NCBI GenBank assembly: GCA_963823665.1
Contig: CAWGMQ010000007.1
Span: 640,001 to 704,000, forward strand
Reading direction: 5' to 3'
DNA length: 64,000 nt
Source: an uncultured Planctomycetota bacterium
GTDB lineage: Bacteria > Planctomycetota > Planctomycetia > Isosphaerales > Isosphaeraceae
Positions 8,601-18,480 of this stretch are shown in pieces. A model generated the notes under the pieces. That model had not been told where the DNA came from. It worked only from the letters and a program-made list of their open reading frames with translations, and ran no database searches. The position numbers and the translations under genes are program-made. Each line of letters begins with the position of its first letter. Positions within the stretch are counted from its first letter, which is position 1.

Positions 8601-10257
8601 TTCAAGAGGCTGTAGGCAACGATCTGGTGGCAGTGCCTGCCTTGCACTTGTCCTTGTGGATGGAATCGCTGCGTCCAGTGCGAACGAATTTGCTCCCGCA
8701 ATTGTCGGCTGTCTATCGAGATTCCGGTCGCCGGGAAACCGAGCGATCCTTGGCAACTGACATCTTGGCCGACTACGCTGCCGACAATCCGCAAGTGCTG
8801 GCCGATCTGCTCATGGATGCCGACGACAAGCAGTTCGCCGCGATCTATCCGAAGTTCAAGGACCGCAGCGAGCAGGGCTTGCCGCTGTTGACCGGCGAGA
8901 TCAACAAGAAGCTCCCGTCCGACCTGCCATCCTCGGATGAACAACGGGAAACGCTGGCGAAGCGGCAGGCGAATGCGGCGGTGGCGCTGCTGCAGGATGA
9001 GCCAGCCGGAGAAGGTCTGGCCGCTCTTGAAGCACTCTCCCGATCCGAGGCTGCGGAGCTACCTGATCCATCGGCTGAGTCCGATGGGTGCAGACGCCGA
9101 GGCGCTCATCAAGCGATTGCACGAGGAACCGGACATCACGATTCGCCGGGCGTTGCTCCTGAGCTTGGGAGAGTTCAACGAAAAGGAACTGCCACCTGCC
9201 AGCGGCACATCCCTGCTGCCGACGTTACAGACAATCTACCGCACCGACGCTGATCCTGGCCTTCATGCGGCGGCGGAATGGCTGCTGAGGACATGGAAAC
9301 AGGAAGCGTGGCTGAACCAGGTGAATGAGGAATGGGCAAAGGACAAGGAGCAGCAGGCAAAGCGTCTGCAAGGCATCCAGCAGCAACTCAAGGCGAGCAG
9401 AGCGGCGTCAGCCCCCGGAATACCGCCGCAGTGGTACGTCAACGGTCAGGGTCAGACGATGGTGGTGATCCCCGGCCCGGTGGAGTTCGTGATGGGATCG
9501 CCGACGAGCGAAGCCGGGCGTGTGCCCAATGAAAATCAACACCGGCGGCGCATCGGTCGGACGTTTGCTCTGGCAGTGAAGTCTGTGACGTTGGCGGAAT
9601 ACCAGCGCTTTGATCCAGCCTACGGGACCGAAACCAAGCAATGGTCTCCGACCGGGGATTGCCCGGTGCTTGGCATATCCTGGTTTCAGGCAGCGGAATA
9701 CTGCAATTGGTTGAGCAAACAGGAGGGGTTGCCGGAGAGCGAATGGTGCTACGTACCGCTGCGAGGCCGCGCAAGACGGGCCGGAATACAAAGTGGGGAT
9801 GGAACTGGCGGCGAACTATCTAAAACGCAGCGGCTATCGTCTGCCTACGGAAACGGAGGTGGAATTTGCGACACGAGCGGGGTCGGTGACATCCCGATAC
9901 TACGGGGAGACGGAAGAGCTATTGCCGAAGTATGCGTGGTACAACAAGAACGGGCAGGACCGGGCTTGGCCGGTGGGGAGTAAGAAGCCGAATGATTTCG
10001 GCTTGTTCGACGTGCATGGCAATGTCTTCACCTGGTGCCAGGAGCGCATCCAAGCGTACCCCAACTCAAAGGAAAACGAGGCATATGATGATAAAGAAGA
10101 TGTACTAAGTATAAGTCTGGATAACCGGGTGTTGCGTGGCGGCTCATTCGCCGTTCAGGCGTCGATCGTGCGTTCTGCCTTCCGGAACGGGGTTGTGCCG
10201 ACGTATCGGAGCGACGGCGACGTCGGGTTGCGTCCGGCGAGGACTCTTACGCCTTGA
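5681..10257 (+). CDS. Ser/Thr kinase - STAND-like P-loop NTPase - TM - helical repeats - FGE-sulfatase (SUMF1) protein; two frameshifts (about 8990 and 9770)
   Basis: GKGGFG, HRDVKPGN, DFG, GTPAYMSPEQ; Walker A GPSGCGKSS, Walker B LIVLDQFE; FVMGSP, YRLPTETEVE, KPNDFGLFDVHGNVFTW, RVLRGGSF spread over ORFs 5660-9253, 8937-9983 and 9793-10257. Confidence 0.88.
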
Positions 10258-10290
10258 ACGCAACGGCGAAGTCGTTCTCGGGAGAACTCC

Positions 10291-10806
10291 GTGCCTGATT
10301 TTGAACATGGACTCGATTTTCGCAGTCTTGATGATGCCGTCGCCTATGCGCGACGGTGCCTGTCAGCGGGCTATGATCGGACCGGCAATTGGGACCTGGC
10401 TCAGACATGTCGCCATTTGACGGACTGGCTCCGTGCGCCGCTCGAAGGCCTGCCGCCCATGCCGTGGTTGATGAGGCTACCGATGGCGATCATTCGGCTC
10501 ACGTTGGGACCGAGAATTCTGAAACAGTTTCTGGGCAACCGCCGGCTCCCCGTCGGCATGGGTACAATCGACGCAACCGTCCATCCGCCAGAATCAAACG
10601 CGAATGCAGCGGTCTCAGCATTTGCCGCGATGGTGGCGCAATTCAATTCCCACACCGGCCCGCTCATGCGACCATCTCCATTGTTCAACAGGCTTGAGCG
10701 AGAGCAGACGCTGGACTTGCAGATCGTTCACTGCATGCACCACTTCGGTCGCCTCAAGCCGCACTCGGGAATTGTTGCGGACACAACAGAGGACCTCGCG
10801 CAATGA
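10291..10806 (+). CDS. DUF1569 / DinB-like protein
   Basis: LDFRSLDDAV..GYDRTGNWDLAQTCRHL and C-terminal HCMHHF metal-binding histidines. Confidence 0.8.
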   Translation: MPDFEHGLDFRSLDDAVAYARRCLSAGYDRTGNWDLAQTCRHLTDWLRAPLEGLPPMPWLMRLPMAIIRLTLGPRILKQFLGNRRLPVGMGTIDATVHPPESNANAAVSAFAAMVAQFNSHTGPLMRPSPLFNRLEREQTLDLQIVHCMHHFGRLKPHSGIVADTTEDLAQ

Positions 10807-11036
10807 GAGTGTGTTGAACGCCAATTCAAGAACTCACCCGGCGCAGGACACGGCTCGCGTCACGTGACCGCGAGGTTACCCTGGCCAACTGGACCTACGA
10901 GAGCCGCCATGTGCAGATACAGCTTCTTTATTGCTTTTGCGGTTTTGCATCGAGAAAGTCGTTCACCATCGGGACGATGACGGGCATGCGCTCACCGGTG
11001 GTGTTTGAGTAAGTCGGCGAGCAAGGGCAAAGCGAA

Positions 11037-12230
11037 TCAGGTGAAATTCGTCCCGCCGCCGAGATGGTTCCAGACGTCGATTACGACCTTTTCGCTGGGT
11101 ATGTCCAGCGAGCGATAGATGGAATGGGGCGCACCTACGATCAGAATCCGCGAGCGAGCGACAACCTGCTCGACCGGGAGAAAATCGGGGTGTTGCACGA
11201 ATGGGTCGGTACAAAGAACCGACCCGGCCTCGCGCTCCAGGATTTTCCGAAGTTTGAATGATAACGAGCCACGGCTGTCATCGCTCTCGCCCTTGAACGC
11301 CATTCCGAGGATTCCGACGGTGATCTCAGCCAAGGGGTAGCGCTTTTTCAGGCGGCTGACGACGAAGTCCGGCAGGCCTTCGTTGATGGAGATCGCGGCG
11401 TCACCGAGGGTGAACTGAGTGTCCGAAGCAACCGACAATTGCACCGTATCCTTGAGGAGGCACGGACCGGCGGCAAAACCACTTCGCGGCAGGTTCGCCA
11501 TCCGCGGGTAATCTCGGGTCAGTGCGTGATGGATTCGGTGGAAATCGAGTCCTTGGTCCGTCGCAATCATGAAGAACTGGTTGGCTGTGGCGAACTGGAT
11601 GTAGCGCCAGGCGTTGGCGAAGATCTTCACGATCTCGGCTTCCTCCGGGGTCAACGTGGTGATCGGGCAACCGAGCTCCTGAAACAGGCTGCTGGCAATT
11701 CGCACGGCCTCGGGCGAACAGCCCGATACGATCTGCGGCAGCTCGCAGAGCTCTTTCACCGCCTTGCCCTCGGCAGCGCGCTCGGGGCAGTATGCGACCT
11801 CAACGACCGTTCCCGATTTTGAGATCAAATCATGGATCTTTCGCGTCGTCCCGGGGGCTAGCGTACTTCTGAAGATCAAGCACTGGCCGTCACGGAGTGA
11901 GGGTATCAGGTCTGGCAGGACCCTGTTCATGAGATGAAACCTGGACGAGAGCTGCTCATCCAGCGGGATCCAGATCACCACGACCACGACGCGAGCCCTC
12001 TCGATCAGGGTGCGGTCGTTCGCGACCACGAGACCCTTGGCGAGAGCGCTCTTGAGAAGGCTTGCTGCGCCCTCATCCCGGAAGGGCATTTGTCCGTTCT
12101 TGATGGTGGCGATTGCGGAATCGTCCACATCATAGATAGCGACTCGAAGACCACGATCGGCCAAGAGGAGCGAGAGCGGCAGCCCTGCACGACCGCAGCC
12201 GCCGAGAACACAAACGTCGTGACTGTGCAT
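11037..12230 (-). CDS. Nucleotide-sugar dehydrogenase (UDP-glucose/GDP-mannose/UDP-ManNAc family)
   Basis: Rossmann VLGGCGRAGLP, RSTLAPGTT, YCPER, catalytic GPCLLKD, GMAFKGESDD.R.S; start trimmed to ATG 12230. Confidence 0.9.
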   Translation of the reverse strand: MHSHDVCVLGGCGRAGLPLSLLLADRGLRVAIYDVDDSAIATIKNGQMPFRDEGAASLLKSALAKGLVVANDRTLIERARVVVVVIWIPLDEQLSSRFHLMNRVLPDLIPSLRDGQCLIFRSTLAPGTTRKIHDLISKSGTVVEVAYCPERAAEGKAVKELCELPQIVSGCSPEAVRIASSLFQELGCPITTLTPEEAEIVKIFANAWRYIQFATANQFFMIATDQGLDFHRIHHALTRDYPRMANLPRSGFAAGPCLLKDTVQLSVASDTQFTLGDAAISINEGLPDFVVSRLKKRYPLAEITVGILGMAFKGESDDSRGSLSFKLRKILEREAGSVLCTDPFVQHPDFLPVEQVVARSRILIVGAPHSIYRSLDIPSEKVVIDVWNHLGGGTNFT

Positions 12231-12517
12231 TGCGCTAGAGCCCAAACCACAAATTCTTGGCGCGGGAGCCGGAGGTCCGAACCCTGTCACAATTCGCGGG
12301 CTTGATCGCACGAGAACGCGACACCGCATTCGACTCCCCGTTGCGACACGGATTCGCGCTCGTGTACTATTCACTATAGCGACCTGATCCGTTGGAGGTA
12401 GCGGAATCTCGAGACCCGCGGTGGTTTCCTCTCACCAAGCAGGCCGCCTGGCTGCGAAGACGCGTCGCATTCGACATCGGGTGAATATCACAACCATTGA
12501 CCGGGGATGCGTGATAC

Positions 12518-13621
12518 ATGGGCGATTGGCTCGGATTTCGAATGCGCCAATTGATGCGGTTTCCCGTAAACGCGCTGCTCAGCACTACCGTCGCGTGGGA
12601 GCCACCAGGCCAACTCGCCGACGGCTATTCCATCGCCATGGCGTGCGTTGCCTCGCTCGCTCCCCTCGCCGTGGCCAACTTCCGGCTCTGCGCCAAGAAC
12701 TGCGGGCCTCGACTGTGCGAACTGATCGCCGTCTTTGATTGCCGTCCGGAAAACATTCCCGAATGCGTCGTCGAGGCCGCGAGCGAGATTTCATCGTCAA
12801 TCAAGGTGACTTTGGTAGGCTATGACGCCCGTCAGTATCGCGTGAATCGTCTGGCGAAACATGGCTGGGTCTACGCGTGGACGTCGTGGTGCCTGGCCAT
12901 CGCGAGGTCGAAGACCCGCGCCGTGATCATCCACGACCTGGACGCGTTGCCGATAGGGCCGATGCTTTTCGAGCAAATTTATGATCATTGGGTTCTGGCG
13001 AACGCCGAGTTCTGTGGTATCAACCTCTACTCAGGAAATGGAGTCGACGAGGAAATGGGCCTCGTCCGCACCTCCGAGTTGGCCTTCGATTCCGATTACA
13101 TCCGACGTCGGTTCCGCCCAATCGATCTGTTCAACAAGATGCGTCATGTAGACGGGCGGCTCGTTAACTTCGACACGATGCTCCACGCGCAGTGGAAATC
13201 GCTGCGACGCGTGGTGCAGCCGATTGATGAAGTCAAGCTCGTCCACCCTTCTCAGCTCATTTGCCAGTACAATGACCTGATCTCGGGACGTTCGGATCTT
13301 GCGGGTCGGAACCACTCATTGCCCGTCCTTCCGTATTTTCTCTACTTGGGAGGCGACGCGACGTGGCTAAGGGTCGTCGGATCCCAGCTCAAGGATGCGG
13401 TCACGGCACGCGTCAGCTTCGTAAACCGCTGCATGCGACTCGACGCAATACCCCCTGAGCACTGGGCTTGGATGGAGAAACAGATCCGCAGGCTCGAGCA
13501 GGCGAATTTCGGCGAGACTCGCCCCGAAGTGTCGGACTATCTGACCGGTTTCATTCACCGCGCGGGGAGCCGCCGCAGCGTCGGCAAAGAGACCGGTGCC
13601 GGCGCCGTCCCCGAAAGTTGA
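12518..13621 (+). CDS. Hypothetical protein, possibly a GT-A fold glycosyltransferase
   Basis: 367 aa ORF with a hydrophobic strand then DLD (AVIIHDLDAL); lies in a glycosylation cluster. Confidence 0.6.
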   Translation: MGDWLGFRMRQLMRFPVNALLSTTVAWEPPGQLADGYSIAMACVASLAPLAVANFRLCAKNCGPRLCELIAVFDCRPENIPECVVEAASEISSSIKVTLVGYDARQYRVNRLAKHGWVYAWTSWCLAIARSKTRAVIIHDLDALPIGPMLFEQIYDHWVLANAEFCGINLYSGNGVDEEMGLVRTSELAFDSDYIRRRFRPIDLFNKMRHVDGRLVNFDTMLHAQWKSLRRVVQPIDEVKLVHPSQLICQYNDLISGRSDLAGRNHSLPVLPYFLYLGGDATWLRVVGSQLKDAVTARVSFVNRCMRLDAIPPEHWAWMEKQIRRLEQANFGETRPEVSDYLTGFIHRAGSRRSVGKETGAGAVPES

Positions 13622-13670
13622 ACCGGCGGCCCGCGCCGTACGATTCACACCGCTGGTCCTTGAGGAATAA

Positions 13671-14921
13671 ATGAAGACGCTGGTCGTCGAAAACAGGCAC
13701 ATCGGTCATTACTATCTTTACTTACATTATATTTTGCCATGCCTTGCAGATCTCGTCGAAACCGTTGATGTCGCCATCACTTCGGAGGGCCGCGGCTCGT
13801 CCGAGTTCCAGACGTACCTCGCACCCCTCGATGACCGAGTCGCCTTCCACCCCGTTCTGGCCCCCGCGCATCCGACAGACCGCCTGCGGCTGTACCTGAA
13901 TTTGCGCGAGGCGGTTTCCCGATTTCGGCCCGATTACGTCCTCGTTCCATCGGGAGATGCGGAAACCTCGCCAATGGGGTTGTTCAGGGCATTGGGACGC
14001 GGGGGCTTGCCGCGTGAACCTCTCGGCGAAGTCGGGATCCACTACGGCTACGGAGCCAAGGAAGCCAGCCGCAAGGATCAAGCGAAGGACTGGTTCTATT
14101 TGGTGACTCAGCAGCTCTCCTCTTGGAAGAAGATCCATTTCGCGAACTTGCTCTTTTACGAGAGAGCGAAGGTTTGGGGCGGGTCGCTCGCGCGGCGGGC
14201 CGAGCTGATGCCAGCGCCTGTCCCCGCCAACGCGAGACTCAGCAAGCCGGAATCACGACGACTGCTCGGAATTCCCGAAGACGGGCGATATATCGGAATC
14301 GCCGCGATTCTCGACAAGCGGAAGGCGATCGACGTGCTCTTGGCGGCCTTCCGGACCGCGGCACGCCCGTTCGATCGGCTTCTGCTTGCCGGCTGCCTCG
14401 ACCCGAGCTTCGCCCGGCTGGTCGAGCACGAGTACGCCGATCTCGTTCGAGGCGAGCAGCTCATCGTGGTGAACCGATTCGTGGATCCGTCATCGTTCCA
14501 GACGATTTTGTCCGCACTCGACGTCGTCACCACGCCGTTTCCCGGGCATTGGAATCGCTCCTTGACGCTGCTTCACGCCATCGCGGCCGGCCGGCCGGTG
14601 CTCTCGAGCAACGTCGGGTGGATGCGAACCATGATCGACCGCTTCGGGTTCGGCTGGACCTGCGACGTGCTCGACCCCAAGATTCTCGCCGCCACAATTC
14701 GCGAGGCCCTGGACCGCTGCGGGGATTATCGCGAATCCGAGGCGATCCGACGGCTCTTGCAGTTCTACTCTCCGGAAAACCTGGTGGACCATTGGCTGGC
14801 GGGAATTCGGGAGACGCTGGCACTTCCAGCTTCTGACCAAATCTGTTCCTGGGCTATGGTCGAGACGGCCCTCGAGGAGCACGGCCCTGCAACGTTCTCA
14901 AGGCGCGGAAATCCTCGCTGA
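13671..14921 (+). CDS. Glycosyltransferase, GT4-like (GT-B)
   Basis: RKAIDVLLAAF, LSALDVVTTPF, AIAAGRPVLSSNVG; GAGGA SD. Confidence 0.85.
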   Translation: MKTLVVENRHIGHYYLYLHYILPCLADLVETVDVAITSEGRGSSEFQTYLAPLDDRVAFHPVLAPAHPTDRLRLYLNLREAVSRFRPDYVLVPSGDAETSPMGLFRALGRGGLPREPLGEVGIHYGYGAKEASRKDQAKDWFYLVTQQLSSWKKIHFANLLFYERAKVWGGSLARRAELMPAPVPANARLSKPESRRLLGIPEDGRYIGIAAILDKRKAIDVLLAAFRTAARPFDRLLLAGCLDPSFARLVEHEYADLVRGEQLIVVNRFVDPSSFQTILSALDVVTTPFPGHWNRSLTLLHAIAAGRPVLSSNVGWMRTMIDRFGFGWTCDVLDPKILAATIREALDRCGDYRESEAIRRLLQFYSPENLVDHWLAGIRETLALPASDQICSWAMVETALEEHGPATFSRRGNPR

Positions 14922-16584
14922 TGAAGACCGTCTCGAGGCCCGTTGTCTCAGAGAGAAGCCGATCGAGCACGGGCGTCCTGCGGGATATCAGGTAGTCCGG
15001 CCGCAGGTCGTCCAGGATCGCGGTGAGGCGCTCGGAGAACCTGGGGGCGTCTGGATCCGTCCCGTAGAACGCTTCCAGGAGGTCTCGGCGCCTCGCCCAC
15101 TCGACCAGGCGTATGGGCGCGATTGGAAACGCCTTGGTCTGGTAGACGAGCCCGCGGCCCGTCTTCCAGGGAAAGTCAGCCGGCCACCAGAACTCGGGGG
15201 GCGCCAGGAACACGCTCCCCTCGGGGGTCGCCTTTTTGATCCATTCGTACAGCGACGCGACCCGTTCCGGTTCGGCAGCGAGATAGGTCGTCTGCGCGTA
15301 ACGGAAAGGAGCCTTGAAAGGAATGTCGCGTTGAGACCGGACCAGGATCCCCGGACGGTATCGCGTCGCGACGACGCTCAAGATCACGGCCGTCACGACG
15401 ATCGCGAGCCACCGCATGGCGCTGATCCGGACCCCGGCGGACCCCGGCGACGGCGTCCGGAGGCGTGGCACGGCTCGAGCGAGAAAGAGAGAGCCGGCGA
15501 TCACGACCATCGCCCAGGTGCGGAACGGGTACAGCCTCAGCAGCGAGTAGTTGTCGGTCAAGTTCCAGAACGCCCCCAAAGCCCAGTAAGCGCCGACTGC
15601 CGCGAGCATCACGATTATCGGCCCGTCGTCCACGCTAGGGCGGCGGTCGTTCATCACTCCACGCAGAGTGAGGACGCCCGCCAGCATGACGACCGCCGCC
15701 GCCAACTGCTTGTACTGCTCCGGCTGCCTCATTTCGAGATGGTGCCTGTTCCGCTCAAAGTAGACGCGTGTGGCGGCCGCCGAGAACGGGTGGCCGAGCC
15801 CCGAAGCGAACTGCGCCGCCAGGCCAGGAGAGGCCGGCACCAGCGCGGCTGCCCCGAGCAGCAGCACGCCGCTTACCGGCTTCGGGCCGCGCGCCGCCTT
15901 GTAGATCCCGTACGCCATTAGCGGGACGCCGAGCTGCAAGCCGACCAGCACGTGCACCGTCGTAGCAAGCCCGGCGAGGGGAGCCGCAAGCCACCAGCGC
16001 GAGCGGACAGCGGCCGCGCATGCCAGCAGCGCAAGCCCCCAAGCGGTTTCGTCGGGATCGGCCCACACCCGCACCAGCCCGGTCGCCCCTAGCTGCGTGT
16101 AAGCCGCCCAGCTCAGCACGTGCCTCAGGGAGAAGACGCCGCAATATACGACGAACGCGATAATTGAGCCCGCGTCTGTCAATCCGATCGCACGACCCAA
16201 AGCCAGGAAGCCCGCGCAGAAGAGCAGGACGTTGACGATCCGGAGGGCCGCCGCATACCAGGCAACCGACGTCCAGCGGGAGATCACGATTGATGTTTTT
16301 ACGTATACATGGTGGTAAAGCGCCTCCTGTCCCTCGAATGCGAAGTCACCCTTCGCCCACCCCGGCGAGGCGGCTTGTTGTGCGAAGCTCAGCTTCGTCA
16401 ACTCATTGCCCGAGGGCAGTTCGTCCCAGCCCCTCCGGGCGAAGAGCACCGCTACCAGGACGGCCCAGGTCCCGATGAACCGCATGGCCCGGTCGCGCTT
16501 GCGCCCCGTTCGGGCGTCTGATGCCGCCACCGTCGCGGCGACGGGACCTTGATCAGGCCCCGGTACATCGTCTCTCACACTCAT
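14854..16584 (-). CDS. Polytopic membrane protein, DUF6798-like (possible GT-C)
   Basis: About ten hydrophobic segments, N-terminal NE..K..FA....PGW..GD loop, YPFR and C-terminal soluble domain; start uncertain; 3' end overlaps the convergent GT4 gene. Confidence 0.65.
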   Translation of the reverse strand: MSVRDDVPGPDQGPVAATVAASDARTGRKRDRAMRFIGTWAVLVAVLFARRGWDELPSGNELTKLSFAQQAASPGWAKGDFAFEGQEALYHHVYVKTSIVISRWTSVAWYAAALRIVNVLLFCAGFLALGRAIGLTDAGSIIAFVVYCGVFSLRHVLSWAAYTQLGATGLVRVWADPDETAWGLALLACAAAVRSRWWLAAPLAGLATTVHVLVGLQLGVPLMAYGIYKAARGPKPVSGVLLLGAAALVPASPGLAAQFASGLGHPFSAAATRVYFERNRHHLEMRQPEQYKQLAAAVVMLAGVLTLRGVMNDRRPSVDDGPIIVMLAAVGAYWALGAFWNLTDNYSLLRLYPFRTWAMVVIAGSLFLARAVPRLRTPSPGSAGVRISAMRWLAIVVTAVILSVVATRYRPGILVRSQRDIPFKAPFRYAQTTYLAAEPERVASLYEWIKKATPEGSVFLAPPEFWWPADFPWKTGRGLVYQTKAFPIAPIRLVEWARRRDLLEAFYGTDPDAPRFSERLTAILDDLRPDYLISRRTPVLDRLLSETTGLETVFISEDFRALRTLQGRAPRGPSRP

Positions 16585-16942
16585 CGCCGCGCACCCGTCG
16601 CCGGTTCGGAGCCAAGAACCGGGAGGTGTGCGGCGTCGTAACCGCCTGGCAGCGCCCCGGCACCGATCAGAACAAGGTGTCAACCATACCGACTCAAGAC
16701 TTCGACCGCAACAGTCCGTTTATCGCGCGCTGACTGGGACCTCTGACCGGCTGGCATTGCTGGCGTTTTTAACTCAATGGCTCAATGGCTAGGACATGCA
16801 ACGTCGCTCTTCTTCAAGGAACTTGATCTTCGTGTCCGGCGCTGATATCAAGGCATATCAGTTGGCGGCGGTGTGCTCTCTGAGGTAGTGCCGCCACTTG
16901 GGGAAGCGCTTGGAGGACCCTAAAAGATCGGGGACGGATGCC

Positions 16943-18332
16943 TTGAACGCCCCGTACACTGATTGTGCCGGGTCCACCCCCCCTGACCCCCCCTTCGCAC
17001 GGGGGGGAAAGGAAACGGGGCGCCCGCGGAAGCTGCACACGTGGCGATCGCGCCTCTTCTGGATCTTGGCGGCGGCGCTCGCGACCGTCGCCTACGGACG
17101 GCCGTTTCTCGACTGCTTCCGGACCGGACCTCTCCGAGACTTCGTGCAGGAATGGGCGTCGGCGCGCAATTACCTCGAGGGTAGGCCGGTTTACGAGCCG
17201 CAGGAGATCAGCCTGGCCCGCCACATGGATTACCGGAGACAGCCTGACCGGGTCTTCCTCGAGCGCAACGTTCACCCGCCGACGTCCATCCTGCTGGCGA
17301 TCCCGCTCGTGCGCCTGAGCTATCCCGATGCCCTTCTTGCCTGGAACGTGCTCTCCCTCTTGCCGCTGGGCGTGAGCTTGTATGTGACTGCGCGAGTTGG
17401 GAATCGGCTTGACTCCCTGGTCGGCGCTGCCCATCTATACCCTGCTTCTGATCTGCAACCCATTACATCGGCAGCTTCTCCACGGACAGCTCAATCTCGT
17501 GCTGCTCGTGCTCATCGTCGGTGCCTGGTGGGCCGATCGGACGAACCGTCCCGTTTGGGCCGGCATTCTCTTGGGCACGGCCACGGCGATCAAGCTGTAT
17601 CCGGGGTTCCTCTTTCTGTACTTCATCCTCCAGCGCCGCTGGCGCGCCGTCGCGGCGGGGGCCGCGTCGATCATCGCGCTCACGCTTTTGACCGCTGCGA
17701 TCCTGGGGATCGCAAGCTATCGCGACTACATCGTGGAGGCGCTTCCCACCCTCGGTTCGTGGCGATCGAAGTGGTCGAACGTCTCACTCCTGGGATACTG
17801 GAGCAAGCTCTTCGACCCGAATAGCACTATTGACGCGACGATCCCGCTTTGGCGCAGCCCGCTCCTGGCTCGAGCCTGCACCGGGATCTCCTGTGCTCTG
17901 GTGATCGCGGCCGTGGTCGTGGTGGTGCGCCGGGCCCGGTCACGATCGGAGCAAGACCTTGCGCTGGCAACCTGCATCACGGCGATGCTTCTGGTCACGC
18001 CGACCGTGTGGGAACACTATTTCTTGCTCCTCCTCTTGCCGGTCGCCCTGCTCTGGATGAGCCTGCCCACATCGGGACCGGCCCGTTGGGATTTCCGGCT
18101 GATCCTCTTTATCCTCTGGATGTCGCGATCGCTCTGGTGGAAGATTTTTCTGGGCGCCGATCGGATCGCCTGGACCCATTTGACGGCGTTACCGTGGCAG
18201 ACGTTGACGGCTTTGTCGTTCCAGACTTATGCGTTGCTCGGGCTCTTCGCGTTGGGGTGTCGTCATCGGCCCACCGAAAGGGCGACATTGCGATCGCTGG
18301 CCGCCTTGACCGGAGATCCCATTCGCTCGTAG
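16943..18332 (+). CDS. GT87/DUF2029 family membrane glycosyltransferase; frameshift near 17395
   Basis: DFVQEWASARNY, NVHPPT, GQLN, AIKLYPG, VWEHY across ORFs 16898-17824 and 17397-18332; start uncertain. Confidence 0.8.
16975..17012. repeat. REP-like GC hairpin element
   Basis: A C-run followed by CCCCCCC-TTCGCAC-GGGGGGG; related ccccctacgaaggggg near 21276-21291. Confidence 0.55.
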
Positions 18333-18480
18333 GGCAAGCTGCGCATCCGATACGCCCCGGCGTTTTGCCTGGCGACCGCGTTCATGTCATCCCGTTGCGG
18401 GGTCTGGGGGTGGGGGCGACCCTCCGATGGACACGCCCCTCCGCCCCCCTGGACCACTGCGCTTCTCAACTCGTCGTCCC

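Noticed and set aside
9793..10257. DGR target (FGE/CLec fold at the C-terminus)
   Set aside because: No reverse transcriptase and no template repeat differing at adenines was seen in the window
10847..10880. Near-perfect palindrome ctcgcgtcacgtgaccgcgag
   Set aside because: Single copy with no T-tract or supporting context
18400..18460. G-rich/C-rich imperfect hairpin between convergent genes
   Set aside because: Probably a terminator or decayed REP; too degenerate to classify
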